Source: Eledone cirrhosa (Eukaryota). Taken from it: a stretch of 64,000 nucleotides of DNA. The stretch is taken from assembly GCA_964016885.1 (NCBI GenBank), contig OZ024742.1:212784001-212848000 (forward strand), read 5' to 3'. Position 1 is the first letter of the stretch. Every line of letters starts with the position of its first letter. The position numbers and the translations under genes were made by a program. The notes beneath the pieces are model-generated. The model saw only the letters and a program-made list of their open reading frames with translations. It was not told the origin of the DNA and searched no databases. Positions 1 to 14,887 of the stretch are shown one piece after another.

Positions 1-146
1 AAGATTTTAGACAAAGACAATCAGAGGAAAACAGAAAATAATTCAGATAAAGAGGAGAAAAGAAGAAGGATAAACAAGTGGAAAATATGTCCAGTGAAAA
101 TTCAAGTATAGGTGAAACGGACTGACAACTAAAGATAGAGCACATA

Positions 147-360
147 GCGGATTGGCTGTATCGGTAGAGCATCGGACACTATGCTTTGTGGCATAAAGTT
201 ATGGCCATTTATTTTCTGAGTTCAAATCCCGCTGAGGTTAGCTTTGCCTTTCATCCTTATGGGATCGATAAAATAAAGTACCAGTAATGCACTGGTTTCA
301 ATTTAATTGACTTCTCCTCCCCACAAATTGATGGCATTGGGCCTAAATCAAAAACCATTA
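147..360 (+). mobile_element. tRNA-derived SINE (family 1)
   Basis: A-box-like TGGCTGTATCGG, B-box GAGTTCAAATCCC, central GCCTTTCATCC..GATCGATAAAATAAAGTACCAG block and tail; more than 12 related copies in the window. Confidence 0.85.
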
Positions 361-379
361 TTTTGAAAATAATTTTCTT

Positions 380-1420
380 TAGTATGTTTCAGGCCATTTC
401 TGTTTATGTTCGGGCCTCCAGTGTTTTTGGTGGGTTTTGGCATCTCTAGTTAGCGGATCACCAAATTGGTGGAGTTTGCTCTGCTTTCGTTATCAGTTTG
501 TACAGTTAACTGGTCCAGTATGGTAGAGGAAAATGGAACTTGACACCCTTTAAAAGACTCAGAGAAACTTTGCTCATATTTTGTAATCCTTTTGAGAGAT
601 GCTCGTACAATCATGGACCTTTAAATGCCAAACTGTTGCTGTATAAGAGCCTGATAGAAAAGTGTGTGGAAGGGAGTGCTGAATTCTTAGAGTACCTCCA
701 ATTTCTCCTGTTTTTCTCCCTCTTGTGTTTGAAACAAGATTTGAAAATCTTTCACATATATTATGGCATATCATTCCAGTAATTAAGGTTTCTAACTGGG
801 TTTATTATTTTTGGTGAATGCTTTTTGCAATCTCTCTATTTTGAAGGTTTGGGGACCAAAATTATGAGCAGTAGTTTGACCAGGTGAAAACAAAGAATTC
901 TCAGAGAGTCAACACCATTGTTCTTAGTATTCATCCACTAAACTCTTGAAATATTTCTGACAGCCAGTAAATATGTTTAGAGAAACAAATATAAGAAGAC
1001 AAGGCAATACCCAGAAATGAATGTGCTCAAAGTTTTGAATTATTTTCCTGTTTTGTTGAGGTTCTTTTTTTAAATGGAGGGCACAGAAATCTGTGGCATT
1101 GAATGACATGTTGAATGACATTTTCTCAATTCTATATGGCATTTAGGTTTTGTTGCAGAATATATATATATCAATGCCTGCCTTTATCTTTAGTATCACA
1201 AGAGAGTCCTCTGCATATCTGCCGAGTGCAGCTTATTGTATAGTTTTGTCAATGTCTGATAACATGATGAGAAAAAAGGGGATCTAGAATGGTTTGTGGC
1301 TTATGGTACTTGATTTATTATTGCAGAGCTTCTTTGGCAGTAACCATTTGACACTGGCCTTTCAAGAAATCAGAGATCCAAATACCCAACGATGTCTAGG
1401 TCTTAACCATTAAAAAAAAA
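380..1420 (-). mobile_element. heavily decayed CR1/L2-group LINE 3' remnant
   Basis: minus-strand traces of the VPQG..LGPLLF and YAED (FADD-like) motifs; 3' end resembles the element at 49590-51730. Confidence 0.5.
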
Positions 1421-2639
1421 CAAAAACATTTGTTGAAATATATCAAGAAATGAACTGGATTATTTGAGAAGTTTTAACATGAAAACGTATACTCAATCAT
1501 CACTACCCCAATGATACAAGCCCAGACAGTATGGAAGAACGCTCTATGGCATGCAGAACCCCAGGCACAAGCTGTCTTGTGGATATAATGGACAGAATGG
1601 GGAAAGTGTTACCCTCAAGGATAGCAAGAGAGATGTTAAGACTGATTCTGTTCTTCGTATCTCTTTCCAGTTATACATTGTATGAGAAATCCGTCAAAGA
1701 CTGCGTCCCTTTTTTCAAAATGTACCAAAGTGAGAACCTCAGAATGGAATGTCATTTTTTCCAGCAAAGCAAGCGTCTCTATTGATGAAATCGGTAGATA
1801 ATCAATGATAGAGGATGGAGTACATGATATCAACAGTAGCATGTATAGAAATCAACGCCATAGATTGAAATGGAATATATATTTGAAAGTTTAATTAATC
1901 ATATCTAAATACTTTTATAATCACATAAGTTTCCCTATTTTGGAAATTCCATTTCTAGTTATTAGTGTAATGTATGGTAAGCTTCTTATAAGGCAAGGTT
2001 AAAATTAAAATGAAAGACATCTAGAAATAAGAACTGCATCTTACTTACATGTGTTCTGATGCAGCCTCTCTTTAGAGTGTACTGACTGTATTTTTTTGTT
2101 ATTAGCAATAGGGAATTTGGCATGTCTGACACAAATAAGGAGTCTTTTCAATCCTTTGTTTAGTACGTTTTCTACAGCTAAATGTTCTTTCTTTCACCAA
2201 CCACTTTACTGAGAGTACTGCATGCATTTTATCCTATCACCAACACTAGAGAGATTGTTGTGCCTTTAACACAACTGAAGAGCTTTCTCAACTCTTCGTT
2301 AGGCATGGTTTCTATGGGGGGGGGGGGTTAAGGGCAATGGGTGTAGGATAAGTATAATGCCATGAATGTATGGCATGGTGGGAGAAGAGTTGAGAAAGTG
2401 TCATGGATGTACAATAGGTATGGTTGGATCTGACAAGGTCAAAAGAGGGAGGGGCAAAGGTGATACAAAGTTTCTAACGAGTTAAGATTAGTGCTTTACG
2501 ATTTAAATGGATGGAGGTGGTCTTAGGGAGAGTTGATGTGGGATGTAAAGAGATGGTGAGGATAGTTACTATGGGCAAGGGGCATGTGGTTGGGTCAGGA
2601 CACGTTTTTATGTTGGTAGGCAGGGTTTCTTTGTGCCTT

Positions 2640-5373
2640 CCAAATTGAAGCAAGCACCTATAGATCAGGGGAGCATTCTAGTCAGATAGATTTTATCCTC
2701 ATCAGAGGACGTGACAGATGGACGGTTGTAAACACAAAAGCCTTCCCTAGTGAGGAATGTACCTCCCAACATAGCGTAGTTGTCAGTGACCTCACGGTCA
2801 GAACTAGACGAACCTGGAAGCAGAGGCCAACCTGGAGAAGAAAGATCTGGAAGCTGAAAGACCCCTCAGCCAGTAACAGATTTAAAGATATTTTACTCAA
2901 CGCCTATGACAGTAAAGAAGAACAGATAGAGACATTCAATGTAGAAGAGCACTGGAGTTCCTAAAAAATAACTTACTAGAGGTGACGGATGAGATCTGTG
3001 GCTGGAGTAAGACCACAAGCAGGTGGAGAGTGACTTGGTGGTGGAACAATAAGGTAGATGAGGCAGTTAAGGCCAAGAGACAGGCATGGAAAGAATGGAA
3101 GAACGGGGGAAGCAGGGTACATTACATAGAGACCATGAGGGAAGCTAGGCGTCAAGTATACTTAGCTAGGAGGGAAGCAGAGGATAGAAAATTCAAGCAT
3201 GTTTGCAACGTGAGGACCAGAAATAGGTGTTCAAGATTGCGAGGCAGTGTGTAAGAGAGAATTGTGATGTCATTGGAGAGAAGTGTACCCGGAATGATAA
3301 AGGTGAGCTTGCCCTCACAAGTGCTGAGAAGAAAGATGCATGGAAGAGCCATTATGATAGATTACTAAATGAGGAGAATGCATGGGAAGAAGAGACCCTA
3401 CCCCAAGTAGACCCTATAGAGGGGCCAGCAGTACAAGTCAGCAGCAGCGTAGTAAGTAAGGCAATCAAAGATATGAAGATGGGGAAGGCAACCGGTCCAT
3501 CGGGTATAGCTGCCGAGATGCTGAAGACATCTGGGTCTGTAGGTCACACTATAACCACACGTATTGTTAACCAGGTAATACTAGAAGGTGTCATACCAAA
3601 AGATTGGTGCAGTAGCATCATTGTCAACTGCTACAAAGGTAAAGGTGATGCACTAGATAGAGGAAACTATAGAGGTATAAAGCTGATGGACCAGGTCATG
3701 AAAGTAACAGAAAGAGTTATAGTACAGTTGACTAGGGACCGGGTGAAACTAGATGAGATGCAATTTGGGTTTGTACCAGGAAGAGGCACCACTGATGCCC
3801 TCTTCCTTGTGAGGCAGTTACAGGAAAAGTACCTAGCTAAAAGTAAGCCACTCTACTTGGCATTCGTCGATCTCGAGAAAGCCTTTGACAGAGTTCCACG
3901 TGCTATAATCTGGTGGGCTCTTAGAAAACTAGGAGTAGATGAATGGCTTGTGAAAGCTGTACAAGCCATGTATAGGAGAGCAGTCAGCAAAGTTAGGATT
4001 AGCAATGAGTATAGCGAGAAATTTAGCGTACAGGTTGGTGTCCACCAGGGCTCTGTTCTTAGCCCTCTCCTGTTCATCATAGTCCTGCAAGCAATAACGG
4101 AGGAGTTTAAGACCGGATGCCCATGGGAACTCCTGTATGCAGATGACCTCGCACTTATAGCTGAATCTATGGTAGAACTAGAGAAGAAATTCCAAACTTG
4201 GAAGCAGGGACTAGAAAGAAAGGGTCTCAGAGTCAACATGACAAAGACTAAGGTCCTTGTAAGTAGACGAGAAAACAGAACCCAGATCCCCTCAGGGAAA
4301 TGGCCTTGCTCAGTATGTAGGAAAGGTGTAGGTAGGAACTCCATTCTCTGCCCCAAATGCAAACAAGAGATGTAGCGGGATCTCAGGAAGCTTAATTAAG
4401 AATGTAGGCTTCACATGTAGCAGCAAACAGCCACAGGAAACAAGTACCACCAATCTCTGGGAGGGCTCTGTAGAAACAGTAGACAGCTTCTGCTACCTAG
4501 GTGACCGAATTAGCAGCAGAGGTGGGTGTTCAGAAAGTACAATAACTAGGGTAAGAACGGGATGGAAGAAGTTCAGGGAACTACTGCCACTGCTAGCTAC
4601 AAAAGGTTTCTCCCTCAAAATGAAAGGCAGACTGTATGATGCGTGTATCCGAATAGCAATGCTACATGGTAGTGAGACCTGGGCGCTGAAGGTGGAAGAC
4701 TTACGTAGATTAGAAAGAAACAAAGCCTGCATACTCTGATGGATGTGTAATAGTAATATACACGAATGGCAAAGCATAAATGAATTTGAGAGAGAGACTG
4801 AGCATAAGAGGAATCAAATGCTGTGTGCAGGAGAGGCGGTTGCGTTGGTATGGACATGTGATGCGTATGAAGGATGACAGCTGCATAAAAAGGTGCAGAG
4901 CACTAGAAGTCAATGGAAACCGCGGAGTGGGGAGACCGAAGACCTGGGATGAGGCGATAAAAGCCGACCTTACCCAATTACACCTCTCAAAGGCGATGAC
5001 ACACGACCGTGACCTCTGACGTCACGCAGTAATACAGAGTACCCGACCTCCCATGGGTACAAGCTGAAGCATATAGACAATATGCCCCCACACCCTCCCA
5101 CTGCAAAGTGGTCGTGGAGGTGCCACAGCAAAAAAAGCACCCAGCCCATACTGTAAAGTGGACGTGTAGGCGCCACGGAAAAAAGCACCCAGCACTCACT
5201 GTAAATGAGGTTGGTGTTAGGAAGGGCATCCAGCTGTAGAAATCAAGCCAAAATTAGTTCCTGTATGAGCAAGGCATGGTCAGCCGATCAGACACTGCCC
5301 ACAACAGGACAACCCGTCTAACCCATGCTAGCATAGAAGAACGGACGTAAAACGGTGATGATGATGATGATGA
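2640..5373 (+). mobile_element. 5'-truncated RTE-clade LINE
   Basis: end of the APE domain (SQIDFIL..QHSVVVSD), RT, C-terminal region (LRWYGHVMR..GRPKTW), and a 3' UTR ending in (GAT)n. Confidence 0.92.
3227..4375 (+). pseudogene. RTE reverse transcriptase ORF fragment
   Basis: NYRGIKL, QFGFVPGRGTTDA, FVDLEKAFDRV, GVHQGSVLSPLLF, LLYADD, then WPCSVCRKGVGRNSILC; frameshifted on both sides. Confidence 0.92.
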
Positions 5374-5664
5374 ATACATTTTTCTTTGCCATCCAGACTT
5401 CGAGACTTTTCTACTTGCCTCGAACATGAGGCTACCTCACTCTCCCTCATTCTACATGTCTTTTACTTTATATCCATAGACTTCGAAACTTTTCTACTTG
5501 CCTCAAACATGAAGCTACCTTACCCCCCCCCCCTCCATTCTACATATCTCTTACATTATATCTCCCTGTTTATTTTTCTCGCATTCATTCTACAAGCTAT
5601 GAGGCAAGCACGTTGGTTTTTCGCAATATATTTTATACAACCAGATACACCCCTATATGAGCGA

Positions 5665-5762
5665 GACACGGTCATCCGACCCAACTTGCCTCTAAATGGG
5701 ACCCGTCTAACCCATGCTAGCGTGGAAGATGGACATTAATTGATGATGATGATGATGATGAT
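5665..5762 (+). mobile_element. RTE-type 3' tail fragment
   Basis: ACCCGTCTAACCCATGCTAGC..GGAC..(GAT)n closely matches 5310-5373. Confidence 0.75.
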
Positions 5763-5764
5763 TA

Positions 5765-6730
5765 CACTCTACAGTGTATATGCCCCCACTCTTCAAGCAG
5801 ATCCTGCAGAAATGGGACAAATTTTATACTGATTTGCACAACTTTGTACAGCATGATTCTGCAGATCATCATCCATGGTGACATCAATGCCAGAATATGT
5901 CAGGATTAGAAAAGCTGGAAAAGAGTACTTAGCAAACATGGTGTTGGAAACTGGAACGACAGTGGGCACCTTCAATTAGAGTTTTGCATGGATCAGCAAT
6001 TCACCATCACCCACATTCTTTTCCATCAGAAAGACAGCCTGAAGACAACATGGATACATTCTTGGTCAAGCACTGACACCTAATAGACTGCATTCTGATG
6101 CACGAAGAATAATTTCTGGATGTCTTACACATCTGAGTAATGCCTAGTTTTAAGGGTTATATGAACCATTGTCTTGTCTAGTGAAAACTTTGTCTGTATT
6201 TTGAACATAAGCTAAAAGTGGAGGTATCCAAAAGGAAAATGTTTCAGGTTGGCAATCTCCAGTCTACTGAAGTGAAAGCTGACTTCCATGGAAACTTTCA
6301 GTTGAGGTCTGAGGATCCTGGCTTCACTACAGATCCTTCTCCAGAAGTGCCTTGAGAACACTTAAAATTTATCGTGCTTAAAATCCTCTAAAACATTTTT
6401 AGAGTTTTCTACAAAGAATAACTGAGACTGGTTCTATGAAAACAAGGAGATCCAGATATTGCTGGCTTAGAAGCAATCTGCTCACCAGATGTACCTTACT
6501 CAGCCAGCCATTTTGTTCTGGTAGAAAGCAGTCTTTCACCTTTTGTGTAACAAATTCCTCTAGCATTAGTTTTGTGAAATTCAGAATGTTCAGTAAATGA
6601 ATGTTGCAAAGAGAATTCAGTTTTGCACAGACACCAATGATTACCAAAGGTTTCACGATGCTCTCAAGACGTTTTACACAATGCAGATGAACAGGTACTC
6701 TTCACAGACAAAACTTCCATTCTGAACTGG
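5765..6730 (+). mobile_element. decayed RTE/BovB-like LINE endonuclease region
   Basis: VYAPTLQAD, HGVGNWNDSG, KTTWIHSWS and HLIDCIL remnants with stops. Confidence 0.6.
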
Positions 6731-6829
6731 TGCTTGGTGGGCTTTCAGCAACCCCACCTGATTTATCCATGGTTTATGCATGTATATATTTGGTTAGACA
6801 GAAAGCTACTGCTATTTCTCAAAAGGAAG

Positions 6830-8540
6830 TATTTTGGTAGAGTTTTTAACAATGCATTTAGGTCACTTAGGATGGTTACTCTGGAGTGCATGGTGACTAT
6901 GGATACAGTTCAAGAAACGAAGAGAGATCAAGGGTTCTAGAGTTCTGTGATGAAATTATCTAACCATCTGCAATAACAACTTCAAGAAACTAATCAAACA
7001 CTTGATCACCTACTAACATGCAAGCCAGATTGACTTTGTACTCATTAGAAAATAGGACAGATGGTTGTGAATACTAAGTCATTTCCTGGAGAAGAATATC
7101 ATATAGACAAATTATTAGTGACAGAGTAAGATTCAGAGATATAGGGCAATATTTTAAATATATGTTAAGAAAAGTTCTATATGATGAGGAGAAAGAGATA
7201 GATACCTATGATATAGAGGACAACAGGACATTTTTCCATGTCAACTTGTGGGTTTTTAATGAAATCTGTTGTTAGAACAAGGCAAAAAGTAACTTGGTAG
7301 TGGAATAGAACTGTAGATAGGGCATAAAAGCTAAAAGACAGGCCTGGAAATAATGGAGGAAATGGGGCAACAAAGAACAAAATTAAATAGCAGGTCTACA
7401 TAGCATGGAGAGAAGTTAAAAGTAAGAAATTTGCCAATGTTCTATAACATGAGGATCAGAGGTATGAGGTGATCCAGATAGTAAAGCAGTGTGTCAATAT
7501 GGATCAAGAGGTCATTGGAGAGTGTGTCCAACATGGCACCCAAGCATTAGCTTCACCAACGTTTAGACGAAAGAGGCTGAGGAATGAGAAAAAGAGGGAA
7601 GAGGGACTAACCTCAGTAGACCCAACATAGGGACCAGCTATTAAATTAGATAATTATAGGGTTAAAGAAGCCATCTGAAATATGAAAAAGGAAAAGGCTG
7701 CCAGATCCTTAAACATATTCAGAGATGCTGAAAACATTTAGTGAAGGAGAGCTTGAACTAGCTACACATATAGTCAACCAAGTAATACATAATGGGGTCA
7801 CATCAAATGATTGGTGTAGCAGTATAATCATTAATTATTACAAGGGAAAAGGTGATGTTTTAGAAGGGAGCAACCATAGAGGCATTAAACTGATGGATCA
7901 AATTATGAAAGTAGCAAAAAGAATTTTAGCTTAACTAATTTGGGAAAGAATCAGATTAAATGAGATGCAGTTTGGTTTTGTGCTAGGAATGGTTCTTTGA
8001 GATAACCGCAAGAAGTTCCTAGTAAAATGTAAGCTGCCAGTTTTTATTGATCTAGAGAAGGCCTTTGATCTTTTGCTTGATGGTTTTTAAGAAACCTTTA
8101 GGTATATGGATGGCTTGTGAGAGCAGTGCAAGTCATGTAGAGAGGTGCTGTCAGCACAGAGGAATTACATAAGCAGGCAAGTGTTTATCAATACTTGATT
8201 ATAAGTTCACTCCTGTTTGTTTTATAGCTCTTCAGGCCAAAACAGAGATTGGTTGTCTATGTGATCTAGTACTTATAGCTAAATCTGTGGAAGATTTAGA
8301 GAAATTCCAGATATAGAAACAAAAGTTAGCAAAGGCCAAAGGCTTAGTAAATAGGAAAAAAAGACAGGATCATGCTGCCATTAAGGAAATTGTCATGCTT
8401 AATTTCCAGAAAAGGAGCAGGTAGAAAATCGATACAGTGCATTCAGTGTAAACTATGGGTACAAAAGAGATGTATCAGGATCACAGGAAGGCTCTTAAAG
8501 AAAAGGCATTTTGTGTGTTGCAGATGCATAGGGGTAGTAA
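6830..8540 (+). mobile_element. older decayed RTE LINE, same family as 2640-5373
   Basis: collinear remnants DWCSSIIINYYKGKGD..NHRGIKLMDQ, DLEKAFD and CIQCKLWV. Confidence 0.8.
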
Positions 8541-8709
8541 ACACACACATATATATATATATTTATTTATTGTACACTGTTACATGTTATGCATACATAC
8601 ACACATAACTACATTTATATAGTTAGAGTTATTGCTACACAACCACAAACTTTAACATGCAAGCATACACTAATTTTAAATACACTGTTACATAAATATA
8701 CATACAGCT

Positions 8710-9455
8710 CATGAGGGTTACAAGGCAGCTAAGAGGGCCACAAAGAAAGGAGTAGCAAGAGCATGAGGCACATAGAAGTATGTTTAGAGAATGAATGGAT
8801 TAAGAGCAGGACCAGAATGATGTGTTTAGGATTGCAATGCAGTTAGAGAGAGAGAGAGAAAGAGAGAGATGTGATATGAAAGGAGTGAACTGTTGAAGGG
8901 TGAAATGGGTGATGGAATTAAGGAAAGGCGACAGAGATATAATTGGGATGGCAACACGGAGAGCATACCCAGTTCTCAGACGAGTAAAGGAGATAACTGA
9001 GGAAGAAGTTGAGGAAGCATTTAGAAAGATGAAGAGTGGAAGGGCAAGAGGGCCAACAAGAGTTGTGGGAGATGTTAATGGAGGTGGGAAGAGAATGATA
9101 GATATTTGTAGGTTAGTGGTGAAAGAAGACTGTATTAGTGGATTGGGAGTTGATTACTCTCATTCATTGGGAAAGGTAGTCCTCTAAACTGTGGCTCATA
9201 TAGAGCAATCAAGCTACTGGAAACTGGAATGAAGCTATTGCAAAAAATGTTAGAGAAAAGAACAAGAAAAAAGTGAAGATTAATGGAATACAATTTGGAT
9301 TTGTGCCAGGAAAAGAAATGACTGATGCAATTTTTATTTTGAGACAGTTACAGAAACATTTGTTTTCGGGGTTTGTTGATCTGGAGAAACCTTTCAATAG
9401 GGTTCCACATGAAGTAGTGACAAAGGCATTGAGAGAGTTGAAAGTGGAGAAATAA
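8710..9455 (+). mobile_element. decayed RTE LINE fragment
   Basis: KMKSGRARGPT, QFGFVPGKEMTDAIFILRQLQ and FVDLEKPFNRV. Confidence 0.8.
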
Positions 9456-10109
9456 TTCTAATATAAGTGAGTATCCTAGTTCTAAGAATAGGTACACCAT
9501 ACCCTTGTGTATTGTAAGAGATAACTAAAAGGATTGGTATCAAGAAAGACAACCAACTGTAAAACATTCTCAAAAAATCCCATCCAACCCATGCCAACAT
9601 AACATGGAAAAGTGGATGTAAAATGACAATGATGCTGATATATATGAATAAAAGCAATATTAAAAAATAAACAAAACTCAATGCCAAATTGCAGAGTGCA
9701 ATATATATATATATATTTATTATTATCTGAATATTCTGTTATTATATTAGAACTACTTTTTTTATAGTAACAGTCTCTTCTGGTAATGTTCCTTATTCCA
9801 CCTTCATATATTACTTCTTAAAAACAAAGGAGTGATGCCAAGATATTTTGTTACTATTTGAATTGTGGGCCACATATTGGCATTAGCTGCTATGATTGTG
9901 TTGTTTCAACATTTTGATGCGTATTTATGTCAATGTGCCTATTGAAACATGTGTCTATATGTGTGTAATGTGTCTGTGCATTCATTTGAACTGTTTACTG
10001 TATGTATGCATGCTTAATATTATTTTTATTTCTATTAATATGCTCCTCACTAAGTAGAACCCTCTCTGTATTTTAAGAATAACAATCAAATATGAACAGC
10101 CACTTGATC

Positions 10110-10700
10110 TTTCTTTCTAGCAAAATATAAGCATACCCACACATAAATATTATAATGAATATTTAATACAGTGCACAGAAAAATTGATCAAAAGAATGTA
10201 CTGGAAAGCTTTCATTTTTAACAAAAAAGATAGAAAAAACACAAAGCAAATCTCAATTTGGTTTTAAGACCAGAAGATGCCCACTTAAAAACAAACTACT
10301 CGAACCTTTTAAGAAGGACATTTCAAAATGGTGAAGAACATAAAGTTCAAGGAAATATATAACACCTTCCAGCAAAAAATGGCGAACACAAAGAACACAC
10401 AAAAATCAAACAAAAATAATTCTGAAGGCTGACAAAACAAGGAACATAAAATTAACCAAAACAATCTACTGATAAACAGCATATCAACAACTGCCACTAA
10501 AAATATTTTAAATTCCACAAATAAGAAAGCAAAAGATTCAGTCTTGATCCCTAATATAGATGAAAGAATTGAAATTTTTGTACTAAAATAACATATCAAG
10601 GATCAGAAATCTAGCTTTATAAGAATAACTTCATAACTCAACAAAAGCTGCACTCATAAAAAAATTAATTCAATATATTGCCTTAAATTAATAATTTGAA
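10110..10700 (+). mobile_element. decayed Penelope-like element, N-terminal/RT region
   Basis: TEKLIKRMYWKAF, FGFKTRRCP, DKTRNI and KDQKSSF remnants are collinear with the PLE at 61730-62220. Confidence 0.65.
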
Positions 10701-10850
10701 ACAACAGTGCTTATGATAAGTTAGTTTAGACACACAATAAAAAGAAGAATACACATTCACTATTTCCCATTCATCACTAAACACTGATTACTAAGGATTC
10801 TAAATTCATAAAACTCCATGTCACCATTACAGAAAACAACATACAAATAA

Positions 10851-11090
10851 TAATTGTTTCTACTTTTGGCACAAGGCCAGCAATTACCCAGTGCATTACT
10901 GGTACTTTATTTTATCGACCCCGAAGGATGAAAGGCAAAGTTACCTTCGGCGGGATTTGAACTCATCATAATAATGGTTTCTAATTCACGCACAAAGCCA
11001 AAGATTTTGGTGAAGGCAAAAGTGGATTAAATTGACCCGCAGTGTGTTACTGGTACTTTATTTTATCAATCACATAAGATTTGAACTCAA
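10851..11090 (-). mobile_element. two tandem partial family-1 SINEs
   Basis: two copies of the CTGGTACTTTATTTTATC..GATTTGAACTC block. Confidence 0.8.
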
Positions 11091-11455
11091 CTATATGCTG
11101 CAACATACAAATACTAATTCATGATAAAAAATACACCCACTTCTTTAACAGCATAAGGATGAAAAAATATTGCAGATATCATTGAAGTAAGCATGGGAGC
11201 TAGAGATTCCACAGAAATTAAAAATCTAAATGGAATATATATTGAAGATTTAATTCATAATATGGTCCACACTGTTAGCAGAGAAATTGATAGAAATAAC
11301 AGTTAAGTAATCTCTGAAATATATAAACAGCAAGCAGATAAATCCAGGAAGAAAGATCTAACCAAATGTTAAACAAACTGCTTCTAAAGATTATAGCAAG
11401 TAGTAACTTACAATACACATTCAAGCTTAAATGAAAATTTTCAAATGTACATTAA

Positions 11456-11666
11456 CCATTTAGCATTTAAGCAGGCTGTATCTAGCCAGAATTCTCTCAC
11501 CTCTTTCTGTTCAAACCAGCTGCTCATACTGATGTTAAGGTATTGTTCTCAAAATAAATAACATCAAAATTTCATAGATTCGATATTATGTGAGATAATT
11601 ATGTAAGATAGAGTCTTTACCACAAAAATACAATAGTAAATATAGAGTAGTGTAAATCCTAAAGGG
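11456..11666. mobile_element. piggyBac-type MITE
   Basis: TTAA on both flanks; 14-bp TIRs CCATTTAGCATTTA / TAAATCCTAAAGGG with 2 mismatches. Confidence 0.7.
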
Positions 11667-12063
11667 TTAAGTCAAATGACTTTATCTTATATAGGGAGAC
11701 AACATTTCAAATCAGCCATCGTGTATTGTTATATCTATCTAGCAACTCGAACAAACAAATTCCATCAATCTGTTATGATGAAGTACTATTCAACAGAATA
11801 GTGAATGCATTGTTTCTTATTCCATTTTTTAAGTGATGATGATCATGATACATTGCTTCTTGTATTAAGGAATTGATATGAGCTCTCATTCTTATATCAA
11901 ATCATAAAATAAAGATTTATAATATATATAACTGTTGCTGTGATAATTTTCCCAGCTGCAGTGGTATATTCTGAATCCATCTTTAACATACAGAAAACTG
12001 ATATACCTTGGATAACTGTCCTCAGAACAGATAGCTGAAGATCGAATATGTTTCATTTGCATG

Positions 12064-12106
<43 letters not shown>

Positions 12107-12120
12107 TGTGGGTGTGTGTG

Positions 12121-12608
12121 TCATAATCATAATTTTTACATCTGCTTTTTCCAAGCTTACATGAGTTGGTACAAGCCTTTTTTCAGGCAGGTTTTTACAA
12201 TTGGACAATACTTTACTGAGTATAATACATGTTAAGGTTGTATTGTTTATGGGGGACATAAACAATGTCACCACTGGCAATTTTATAAACAAGTGTCAAT
12301 ATGATTTCTCCACACTAGCATGTGTTAGATAAGTTGTCCCATTTGAGACAAATCAGGTCAGGTGACCATGTCTTGCCCATACAGAACCGTTTCTGGCTCT
12401 ATTTCTACAGCCACAAACCATTCTGTATCTCAATCAGGTGAATAACAACCTGAGATAGCAACGGGTATCCTACAGTATCTGCCTACCAAATTCACTCTCA
12501 AAGCCTGGGACTATAGTAGAAGACACTTACCCAAAGTTCTATGCAGTGGGACTGAAACTAGGCTTACATGGTTCAGAAGCAAAATTCTTAACCACAGGCT
12601 ATGCCTGC
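12121..12608 (-). mobile_element. tRNA-derived SINE with RTE-type tail (family 2)
   Basis: minus-strand tRNA-like head GCAGGCATAGCCTGTGGTTAAG, CORE-like TTTGGGTAAGTGTCTT, and tail GGAAAAAGCAGATGTAAA..(ATG/ATT). Confidence 0.65.
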
Positions 12609-14887
12609 TCTCTCTCTTTATATATGTATACAAACACATATATATAGTTCGACCCGTGCAAGTATGAATAAATGGACGAGTTTGATTCCCAGGCTGGACG
12701 ATGCATTATGTCCTTGAGAAAAACACTTTATTTCATGCTCTTTCTGCCAGGAGTTGCAGCCAGTAGATAGTATCAGCAATGGAAGACCAAAGGAAACATT
12801 GTTTTCTTAGTCTAATTTGATGAGTTCCACCCCACTCGATAAGTGAATGAGGTCTGGGATATTGTCGATTATATATGCCACGTGTATCCCAGTTTTTAGA
12901 ATAGATACACCATATCCCTGCATATCATAAGAGATGACTAAAACAATGTCTCAAAACACCTTGTTCAACCTATGCCAGCATAGAAAAGTGAAGATAAAAA
13001 AGATGATGATGATATGAACATAAATATTTATGCATAACACAGCATTTAGAAAATCTAAGATAAGTTTAATGTCAATATAACTGCAGTCTATAAGCTTTAC
13101 TTATACCACATTCTTAAATCTGTTGTTCTTTGGATGATTTCAGAAAGAATTGAAAGATAACAGTTAATTCAATGTTCCAATTGTGCTATTATTACAGTAC
13201 TCTTACATGTTCAGCAGTAGATGAGTGGTCCTATTTCTGTGAGAGAGGTAATCAGGCACATTTCCTTTCAAACTGTTTTGTTTTAAAGATTTGTATTGAT
13301 TTATACACACTTGTGTCTAATCCATAATTGTTCTTAGCAGTAAGCTCAAACTGAGTTATGTATAATTCTTTTGTTATTAGTACTCTTGGAATGAATAAAC
13401 TTTATATTAAATTAACCTGATTATTTGATTAACATCTAAATCAGTACATTTTTCAGATTCACATTATATATCCATAGTGTCATATGTATCTCATTTCATT
13501 TCTAATGTTAGAAACTCTTCTAATTACAAAATTTCATTGTCATATATAATACATGCAGAAAACAATACTAAATTGCACACCATTACAGGTTGCCAACAAA
13601 CAACCTTAACTATTGCTGACTGGCTACTGATAATGATTAATTTTACAAGGTACCAGCACACATCTGTTTCATGGTATCACTACTTGAAATCAGAGCATTT
13701 TCTATACCATGATTGCAATGATTCAATGGTATAAAACCTAAGTATGAGAAAATTGCTTATAATGCATCATTTTCGACATGTTGGATAAAGATGTTTTGGC
13801 ATTTAACCCACCTCTGTAACTACACTGCTACTAAATATTCATAGGATGTTGGTAGTTAAACTGACAGCAGTCTAGAATGGGTTCATCTAATTTCTTGAGT
13901 AATAATCACACAAGGAATAAAGAGAAAAAAGAAATTAAAAAAAGATTTGATTCTTCTAATTTCAGCCCGACATAAACCAATGATTTTATGCTATTAAGAC
14001 CTGCAGTGCTTTGAAAATTGAAAAAGCCCTACAGGAACAAATATTGATAAAATTATTGTTCTAGGTCTAATATTTCCTTTTTACATATATTTTAATTTAG
14101 TGGTCTATATAGTAATGAGCTTGCAACACTTTGTGCTGAGGCTTCATCTGAATGTATCACATTACAGTGGATCAAAGAAGGTGCACAGAAAAAATACATA
14201 AAATGATAACACTGTTATATTCACATACATACACAGGACTGGATATTAAACAATCAAAATATTGTATGCAATAAATATAAATAGACCAAAACTATTTTTA
14301 CAATATCTAGACCAACACATCTAAACTATTTAGGAATATAATCTCAGGGAAATACTTTGGAAGAAGTATTCAGTTAAAGTTAACTAAGTTTTATTCTGAT
14401 AGTAAGAGATTAAACATTTTCAAATCTAAAATTATTGTGAATTCTGCACAAAAGAATATATTTAATCATTATGAAGAGACATGAATACATAATTACAACT
14501 TTTTTTTCTTAATACACTCTTTTTAACAACTACATAGATGAAATTAACAAAAGTTAAATGAAGCGATAGTGTTTTTGTAGCATTTTCCAATATAGAAAGA
14601 ATATAAATAATTACATTAAACACGAAACCTTGTGATTAGATTACAGGTCTTGAAAGTTACCACTAGCTTAAGGTTAAATTTAATCAGTGTCACTGTTTTT
14701 ATGATTAAGAGAAAACTCCTGTTGATTATCTTATCTCTCCTAAGGGCTAGTAGTTTGGAATTTATCTCCAGTCAGAAGAAAACTCATATTATATTACATT
14801 ATGTTGTTACACTGTATTAAATAGCAAACATTCACCCAACAATATTAAAAAATGAAAAAAAAAACAACAATTATATGTAATATACTA

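Noticed and set aside
9905-9960. GAAAC-ATGT-GTC hammerhead-like half upstream of a PLE remnant
   Set aside because: No CUGANGA, and no convincing stem I or stem II.
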